Shown: piece by piece, positions 50,890 through 64,000 of the stretch
How positions within the stretch are numbered: position 1 is the first letter of the stretch
Layout: every line of letters begins with the position of its first letter
Source of the DNA: the human T2T-CHM13v2.0 reference genome, Homo sapiens
Length of the DNA stretch: 64,000 bases
Reading direction: 5' to 3' (one strand)
Assembly (NCBI RefSeq): GCF_009914755.1
Contig: NC_060941.1
Program-made: the position numbers and the translations under genes
Notes under the pieces: generated by a model
What the model saw: only the letters and a program-made list of their open reading frames with translations
What the model was told of the DNA's origin: nothing
Databases searched by the model: none

Positions 50890-51499
50890 CAGGGATCAGT
50901 AAACTACGGCTTCCAGCCAAATGTAGCCCACCTTTTGTTTTTGCATGGCTCGTAATCTAATAATCAGATTTCACAGCCGGGCTCATGCCTGTAATCCCAT
51001 CACGCCTGTAATCCCAGCACTTTGGGCGCCCGAGGCAGGCGGATCACGAGTTCAGGAGATCGAGACCATCCTGGCTAACACGGTGAAACCCCGTCTCTAC
51101 TAAAAATACAAAAACAAAAAATTAGCCGGGCTTGGTGGCGGGTACCTGTAGTCCCAGCTACTTGGGAGGCTGAGGCGAGAGAATGGCGTGAACCCAGGAG
51201 GCAGAGCTTGCGGTGAGCCGAGATTGCGCCACTGCACTCCAGCCTGGGTGACAGAGCGAGACTCCGTCTCAAAAAAAAAAAAAAAGAAGATTTCACGAGA
51301 AAATTATTCGAAATTCAAATTACAGTGTCTATAAATTTATATTGAAGCAGAGCCACAACCATTTCTGTATTGTCCGTGGTTACTTTCTGGATGCAAACGG
51401 CAGGGTTTGAGTGCCGCAATTGCAGCAGAATCCCTATATGACCTACAACGTCTGAAATATTTATGAACAGATCCTTTGCAGAAAGTCTGCCAGCCCCTA
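50890..51499 (+). mobile_element. MER58-type hAT-Charlie DNA transposon remnant, interrupted by a young Alu
   Basis: Degenerate TIRs CAGGGATCAGTAAACT / AGTCTGCCAGCCCCTA; Alu about 50975-51288 flanked by an AGATTTCAC duplication. Confidence 0.65.
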
Positions 51500-52728
51500 G
51501 TCCAGGACAAGATTTCCAAAATGCAGGTTTATACAATTTTGTGTGGATCATGAAGTCAATTTAGTGAGCCTCAAGCAGCATCTTTTTTTAATGAAATAGA
51601 ATAGATAAAAATATGTATCACATGTATAATTAATAACTATTTTGTGAAACATTTGTTATACATACGATATATGCTTATATGTGTATGTGCTGCATCCTGA
51701 TGTAAAATGTATTTCTTACTGTGGACCATGTTCAAAGCATCTGAAAGGCTGGGTGCAGTGGCCTGTAAACCCAGCACTTTGGGAGGCTGACGTTGTAGGA
51801 TCACTTGAGGTCAGGAGTTCAAGACCAGCCTGGGCAACATATTGAGACTTCATCTCTACTTTTTAAAAAAAAAAATCTGAAGGTGTCTGGCTTAGAGGGA
51901 AGCCTGGAATAAACAGAGAAGTAAGCAGAAAATAACAGTATAGTGTAATTGGTGCAATGATGAGTTACAGACCCTTAGGGTATATCAGAGGCACTTAAGA
52001 CAGCCTCAGGGCTGTCAGTGAAGGCTACCAGGAGGAAATGACACCCAAACAGTGACCTGAAGGACACGTAAGAGTTAGACAGGTAAAGAAGAGAAGAGCT
52101 GCCGGGTGCAGTGGCTCACGCCTGTAATCCCAGCACTTTGGGAGGCTGAAGTGGGTGGATCTCAAGGTCAGGAGTTCAAGATCAGCTTGGCCAAGATGGT
52201 GAAACCCTGTCTCTACTAAAAATACAAAAATTAGCCAGGCGTGGTAGCAGGTGCCTGTAATCCCAGCTACTTGGGAGGCTGAGGCAGAGAATTGCTTGAA
52301 CCCAGGAGGCAGAGGTTGCAGTGAGCTGAGATCACACCACTGCACTCCAGCCTGGGCAATAGAGCAAGACTCCATCTCAAGAAAAAAAAAAAAAAAAGAA
52401 GTGTGGTGGGATGGGAAGGGCAGCATGGATCTGTTTGGGATGCTAGTCTCAACCCAGCCTCATGGACTGACGTCTGAGCCCTGCAAGAGGAACCACAGGC
52501 AGAGGCTGAAGGAAGAGTCACTGTATAGAGCCTCTGGAAGGTCAGCAGGGCACAAACACCACAGCACAGCACCTAAATCCCCGGAATCAGTGTCACATGG
52601 GGGGCAGGGATCCCCCCATTTCTCAGGGGACACAGTGTGGTTTTGAGAGGCATTGAGAATCCCAAGGAACCCAAAAATGTGGCTCTGTATGACTTCAATC
52701 GTTTTTCTTTTTTCTTTTATTTTTTTGA

Positions 52729-52995
<267 letters not shown>

Positions 52996-53851
52996 TAATT
53001 TTTTTCTTTTCGTGCTTTTAGTAGAGATGGGGTTTCACCGTGTTAGCCAGGATGGCCTCGATCTCCTGACCTCGTGATCTGCCCGCCTCGGCCTCCCAAA
53101 GTGCTGGGATTACAGGCTTGAGCCACCGTGCCCGGTCTAATTTTGTATTTTTAGCACAGATAGGGTTTCACCATGTTGCCCAGGCTAGTCTCGAACTCCC
53201 GTCCTCAGGGGATCCACCCTCCGTGGCCTCCCAAAGTGCTTAGATTACAGGCGTGAGCCACAGCGCCTGGCCAATTTCAATTTTTTAAAATGTATTGGGG
53301 TTGGTTTGATGGCCCGGGATATATGCACTATATTGGTATCTGTTGCATGAGTACTTGAATACGTATTCTCCTGTCATTGGGTGGAATGATCTATAAGTAT
53401 TCACTACATCCTGTTTGTTTATGACATTGTTGAGTTCTTCTATCTCCTTACTGGTTTTTGTCTAGTTGTTCAATCAATTGCTGACAGGTGAACCATGAAC
53501 TATGAATTTAAACAAACCTGGTTTGAAACTGGACTCATCTGGTTACTAGCTGGGTGGTCACGAGCAGATTTAGAATTAGACTCTGGAGAAACTCTTCTGA
53601 GATCCAAACTTTACTGGTCTGACATGGAAATTACAAGTAGCAAACGTTCATATAGCGCTTACTCTGTGCCAGACTGTGTTCTAATCACTTGGCATTTATC
53701 AGTCTATTCCTCACACAACAAACTTAAGTCAGGTGTTTATTACCCCCCATTTTACAGATGAGAAAACTGAGGCACAGGGAGGTGAAGATAAAGTAACCAA
53801 GTAGGCTGTGAACAAACACAGGCAATCTGTCTCCAGAATATGCACTTTTAA

Positions 53852-54383
<532 letters not shown>

Positions 54384-55074
54384 TAGCCTCCCAAGTAACT
54401 GGGACTACAGGTGCGCACCACCACACCCAGCTAATTTTTTGTATTTTTAGTAGAGACAGGGTTTTGCTATGTTGCTCAGGCTGGTCTCAAACTCCTGGCC
54501 TCAAGCAATCCTCCTGCCTCAGCCTCCCAATGTGCTGGGATTATAGGCACCAGCTGCCTCGCCCAGCTGGAGCCAGTCTCTCTTATACCAGGCATTGATG
54601 ATTGGCCATGCAAAGAATCAGAAACACTCTGTCAAGTTTTCTTTGAAATACATGAAGGAACTTAAGGGAGACCCACAGGGCTCCAAGAGCTTCAGGTAAG
54701 ATCACTACTGCCCACTTCACCACTATAATGGGAGATGGAATAGAACATGATAAAGTTTGCCGGGCACAGTGGCTTACGCCTGTAATCCCAGCACTTTGGG
54801 AGGCCAAGGTGGGTGGATTGCCTGAGGTCAGGAGTTCGAGACCAGCGTGACCAATATGGTGAAACCCTGTCTCTACTAAAAATACAAAAATTAGCTGGAC
54901 ATGGTGGTGCATGCCTGTAATCCCAGCTACTCAGGAGGCTGATGAGGCAGGAGAATCACTTGAACCTGGGAGGCGGAGGTTTCAGTGAGCCGAGATTGTG
55001 CCACTGCACTCCAGCCTGGGAGACAGAGTGAGACTCCGTCTCAAAAAAAAAAAAAGATAAAGTTTGAGGCTTAG

Positions 55075-55368
55075 GGGTCCACATCACCTGAGTTTAAATC
55101 AAGGCTCCCAAGTTAACTTCACACACTGGATAAGTGACTCAAGCTCTCCGTGTCTGTCTCCTCACCTGTAAAATGGGGTATTAACTGTACTTATTCCACA
55201 GAACTTGTGAGACCAAAGGCAATTAATAAATTAATAAATGCAAATAAATAATTTGCATTTAAATTATGCAAATAAATAATTAATAATTAATAAATGCAAA
55301 TTCTTAGAAGAGTTCTCAGCATGATAAGTATTTAATAAATGGTATAAGTTGTTGTGTTATTACTATTG
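55075..55368 (+). mobile_element. MIR element with an internal AT-rich expansion
   Basis: MIR core CTCCTCACCTGTAAAATGGGG and a 3' tail ...TAATAAATGG...TTATTACTATT. Confidence 0.7.
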
Positions 55369-55844
55369 CAAAATAAGAGGTCAACCCTAAGCCATGGACT
55401 GCAACTACAACTATTTCCCACCTTCTGCAAAAAGAACATCATGCTTTACCTCCCTGTTAGTTGTGGGCACCCCAGAAGTCCACAGTGGCCAGGGCAGGCA
55501 TCTTCACCCAGACTTACCCCAAAGGACTCCGTTCATCTCCATTTGGGTTCACTCTCCTTTCTCCTCTCCACCCTGCCCCAAATCCTTTCATTGCACCCTT
55601 GGAAACCTAAAGTATGTTCGCAAAACAAAATCCCCAAATCATCAAGCTCTTCTCTCAGTTTTGTTTGCCTTCTTGCTCTCATAGGAACCTGGCTCTTCCC
55701 GCAAAGACATTGCTCCCTTGCAACGCTCCAAGGAGGCAGCTATTTCCTTTTTCTCCCACCCTCCACATACCTGCAGTGAGGCAGCTGTCCCTTCCAAAAC
55801 ATTTCTCCTCTCTCCAAAACAAAACAAAGGCATCTGTTGTTTTA

Positions 55845-56608
<764 letters not shown>

Positions 56609-56639
56609 CAAAGCGTCTTTAAAGCACATGCCAACACAC

Positions 56640-57080
56640 TGTAGCATCCGTTACCCCTCCTTGTTGCAATCATCTTCCAACATCTACCAGCTTCATCAAA
56701 GGCTTAAGCATTTGCCTTAAATTTACGTCTCCACCATTAATCACGTCTCCATTTGTGTGGACTCAGACATCCACCTAGGCAATCCAACCAACACCGCCAC
56801 CCCGCTTCAGTTCCTTGTCCTCTGCACTTCGGTACAATTTTTTCCTCCACCCCACCTCAGCCACGCACTCCCACAGTCAAACCGTAGACTCTGTGATGAT
56901 CAGTAACTGCCCCATTTCAACCTCCTGAGGACAGGCATCCCGCCACTATCCACCTTTTCATCCCCTTCTCTGGTACCCTCACACCAACAATCCTTCACCC
57001 CTCAGGCTCTGTAGTCCATGTACCATTCCACATTTCCACTGTCTGTCACCTTCCTCCTGTCGTCACATCTCCCCTGACTC
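56640..57080 (+). mobile_element. Old L2 fragment (endonuclease-region remnant)
   Basis: C/T-rich L2-like text such as CACCCCACCTCAGCCACGCACTCCCACAGTCAAACCGTAGAC (degenerate TH..GHTLD). Confidence 0.5.
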
Positions 57081-57454
57081 AGTTTTTTTGTTTGTTTTGT
57101 TTCTTTGAGACAAGGTCGAGCAGCTGAGACTATAGGCACACGCCACTGCGCCTGGCTAATTTTTGTATTTTTAGTAGAGACGAGGTTTCACCATGTTGTC
57201 CAGGCTGGTCTTAAACTCCTGAGCTAAGGTGATCCACCCGCCTTGGCCTCCCAAAGTGCTGGGATTCCAGGCGTGAGCCACCACGCCTGGCTGGTTTACT
57301 TGTCTATTGCCTACCTCTCCCACCTGAATCCCCAGTATGTGGAACAATGCCCGGTATCAAGTGAGTACTCCATATACATCTTTCTGGTGTGAAAGAAAGA
57401 AAAGGAGAGAGGGAAGAGAGAAAGAAGTAACAAACAAGTAAGCAAAAAGCCTCA

Positions 57455-57796
<342 letters not shown>

Positions 57797-58267
57797 TCAT
57801 TAGCTCTTCCTGTCTGCATGTTTCAACAACCACGTTGATCGAGTAGCATCGCAGTTACAAGCACAGAACTAAGCAGAGGCCTCCTAAGTGTAAGCCCCAG
57901 CTTGACTAACTTCTGCTGTGTAGTCTTAGGCAAGTCACTTTATTTAAAAAAAAAAAAAAAAAAAAGGTCGGGTGTGGTGGCCTTTTTTTGTCTCTTAAAA
58001 AAAAAAAAATACAGAGGTCTCCCTATGTTGCCCAGGCTGGTCTTGAACTCCTTAGCTCAAGGGATCCTCCCTGTCTGTGCTTCCCAAAGTGCTGGGATTA
58101 CAGGTGCGAGCCACCACACCTGGCCAGGCAACTTACTTTCACTCGGAGCTACATCCACTCATTCAGCAAATACTTACTGAGTGCCTACTCAGCTGCAGGG
58201 TGCTACCCTAGGTTAGTTGTGAGGATTATATACAACAAAGTATGAGAAGCCCCTAACACCAAGCTTA

Positions 58268-58405
<138 letters not shown>

Positions 58406-60226
58406 TTAAAAAACAACAACAGCAACACACTCCTAAAAATCTGTTATTATTTGTGCCCCATAGTGTGACCTTGGCTCACTGCAGCCTCAACCTCCTAGGC
58501 TCAAGCAATACTCCTGCCTCAGCCTTCCGAGTAGCTGGGACTACAGGTGTGTGTCACCATGCCAGGCTAATTTAAGTAAAAATTTTTTGGAGAGACAGGG
58601 ATCTCACTGCGTTGCCCAAGCTGGTCTTGAACTCCTGGCCTCAAGCAACCCTTCTGCCTTGGCCTCCCAAAATTCTGGGATTACAGGCATCAGCTACCAA
58701 GCCTCATCTCATTGTCTGTTTATAATCATCTGTACTTGCAATTTGAATATTCTCACTGATTAGAACTATTTTGGGATTTTTTAAGAGGTCGCTGTTACTT
58801 AAACATTTAGAAATTTCTGGTTTATTGCATTATGGTCTGGGTATCAGTCCAGTACAATTTCAAGTTTGGGGAATTTCATATCTCCTTCACGACCTAATAT
58901 TTGACCAAGATTTGTAAATGTTTTATTGGCATTGAAAAAGGTAGGTTCTCCATTTATGAGATACAAAGTCAAGTAAATAGCACTTGAATACATGCTCCAG
59001 GAGGATGGAGGCTCAGGATGTTCACCGATGATGTATTTATGGCTGATATCTTCCTGGTATCCAGCAAAGGGCCTGGCACATATCATTTAGTAAATATTTG
59101 TTGAATGAGAGGCTAACTAATCAATCAACTTTATCATTGAGATTCTCTGTTTCTTTATACGTTTGTATATTTTTCTTACTTTGTCGAAGAGAATTATATT
59201 ACAGTTTCCCACTACTATTATATTTCTGACAGTCTCCCTCGGCATTTCTAACTATTTGGGGTTTTTTTTCTTTTTTTTTTTTTTTTTTTTTTTTTTTTGA
59301 GACTGAGTGCCCTTTCTCATAAAACACCAACCACTTCCTCTATGGAAATAAATTTATTCCCAGTACCTTCTTGGGTCTTGCAAATATTACAGCCAAATGC
59401 ATTTTTTTTTTTCTGGCATGTCAGTGTCTGCTCACTGTAGAGGAGGGTGAACAAGTTCTGGTCTCCTGATCTCCAGGAGTCTGAGCTAGGAGAAGGAAGA
59501 AGAGAGAAATGTCAAAGGGCTATATTTGCAGGGTTTCTATGGAAAAATCTGATTTCAAACAATCTTCATCATCTGAGATGGTTTCCCTTCTAATGACTCC
59601 ATCTGGTCCTCACGTCGATCTTAGTTCTCAGGAGCTGATAACTCTGGCCTTGCCTTGCTCAGAGAGCATTCAACCCCCACTCCTCCCCAGGTCACATTGC
59701 CAAACACCTTCAGTGGCAATTCATGGGTCCTCAGAAAAGCATCACTCTCATTCCTGGTCTCCCTCCCTCCACTGCTCTCCTCTACAATCCCACCTCAGGT
59801 GATCCTCCCGCCTCGGCCTCCCAAAGTGCTGGCATTATAGGCATGAGCCACCGTGCCTAGCCCGGAATCTGCTTTTAACACCATCTTCAGGAAATCTGTA
59901 TGAAGTTACGGTTTGAGAAGTACTGAACTAAGCAGACAGCCAAGTAAGAGCCCCTCCTGTCCAGGTCTAAGGGTAGTTCCGATTCCCTGACCAGCAAATC
60001 TTGAGTAGCTGCCTCCCAGTAGCTGCCTCCCAGTCACTCTCTACCACACCACCCTATTTCCTTCATGTAATTTAGCATAACCTCTAATTTCTAGTTTACT
60101 GCCTGTCTCCCCAAACTATAATATAAACTACGAAGAGGTACCTCATCTGTCAAGTTTAGTGCTGTATCCACTGGGTCCACAACTAGGCACATTACACAGA
60201 GGGTACTCGATCCTGCATTTCACTGA

Positions 60227-60505
<279 letters not shown>

Positions 60506-60998
60506 TGATCCATCTGCCTCGGCCTCCCAAAGTGCTGGGATTGCAGGTGTGAGCCACAGCACCCGGCCAAACCATGATACAATGCTTTCTTAACACTTCA
60601 ATTTTTATTTTATGCTAATTGAAGTCTCTTTCAGACCATTAAAAAATCTAATTCTGGTGCGTACACAAAAACAAAAATAATATGGTTAAAATATTCCAAA
60701 AAAATCTTTAAAGTCTGACTCTTCTGAATCACTTTCTATCAGTGTCTGTGTTGCTGTCCCCTCTACTGTCGAGGGCATTGGAGAAGCGGAATTTCTTTAA
60801 AAAGTGCTCCACTACTGTCTCCGAGATTTTCTTCTAAGCTAGTGACACATTCTTGTTTTACCAAATAGCGTCAACAAAATTGATGTCTTCACTAACAAAT
60901 TTTCGCTCCACTACTTTATTTCTATGCTTAATACATCATTTCCTTTTGATTTCTGTTTTAAAGCATGTTATCTTTTTGAAGATTTTTTTTCTTAATAG

Positions 60999-62920
<1,922 letters not shown>

Positions 62921-63494
62921 TGTGTTATTTGAAGACATTATAAACAGCAATTCAACTCAAGAAGTGTAGTACCAGTAGGGTTCACAACTCAGCTGAGGTG
63001 ATAACAATACGAACAGCTACGACTGGGTTCTCACAAGTGTAGGCAAAACCTACCATGTTGTATGACACCATGGATTGTACAATATATCCTAATTTTGGGA
63101 AAAATAAAATGTGCTAAAACACGTGACTTAGAATTGATTGGCCAGGTGCAGTGGCTCACACCTGTAATCCCAGCACTTTGGGAGGCTGAGGCGGGCAGAT
63201 CACTGGAGGCCAGAAGTTCGAGACCAGCCTGGCCAACATGGTGAAACCCCATCTCTACTAAAAATACAAAAAATTAGCCAGGCGTGGTGACACATGGCTG
63301 TAGTCCCAACTACTCAGGAGGCTGAGGTTTTAGTGAGCCAAGATCACACCACTGCTGTACTATAGCCTGCGTGACAGAGTAAGATTCTGTATCAAAAAAA
63401 AAATTTGAAATATGCTAAATATTTAACAAATAGGCCAAGCAGGTGGCTCACACCTGTAATCACAACACTTTGGGAGACCGAGGTGGGTGTATCA

Positions 63495-63764
<270 letters not shown>

Positions 63765-64000
63765 TCATAACCAATTTAAAGTCTAGAAACCACTGGAAAA
63801 TTTTCCATTTTTCCCAGTTTATATCCTAGGAGAAAGCAAATCTAATTGGCCTGGACACTCAGCTTATGGTACAGTTTACAAATTTCTGGTAACTTCCACT
63901 GCTTTAAACGAAGACTGAAATTACCAATGTCTCAAATAGAGTAGAAGTTTATTTCTTGCTCACAAAATAGTAACGAGGCTGCCGGGCCCGGTGCTTCGCG

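Overview
Alu-dense human genomic DNA, recognisable from gene content and order as 17p13.2. Left to right: PELP1 intron 1 and coding exon 1 (minus strand) with its CpG-island promoter; an Alu and a full-length RPS12 processed pseudogene; an ERV9/LTR12 solo LTR inserted in an Alu; complete ARRB2 (+, 15 coding exons, 409 aa); MED11 (+, 3 exons, 117 aa); CXCL16 (-, 5 coding exons, 254 aa), tail-to-tail with MED11 and head-to-head with ZMYND15; ZMYND15 (+, 13 coding exons, 742 aa); then about 16 kb of Alu/L1/L2/MIR/MER intergenic sequence. For the four complete genes I walked the GT-AG junctions, and the exon lengths sum to intact frames. I see no convincing new protein-coding gene. The best leads are non-coding or isoform-level: (1) a retroelement module next to the PELP1 promoter (triple target-site duplication, SINEUP-like antisense-RPS12 plus inverted-Alu layout, LTR12 pointing at an in-frame N-terminal extension of PELP1); (2) a CXCL16 3'-end switch (an Alu-created 3'UTR intron that contains a poly(A) signal, plus a bidirectional poly(A) site shared with MED11); (3) a perfect 4x50-bp STAT/ETS repeat and a 147-bp duplication in ARRB2 intron 1; (4) four octamer motifs inside a MIR; (5) under-appreciated domains in ZMYND15. 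All functional interpretations are hypotheses. No database search was run, and comparisons with reference sequences are from memory.
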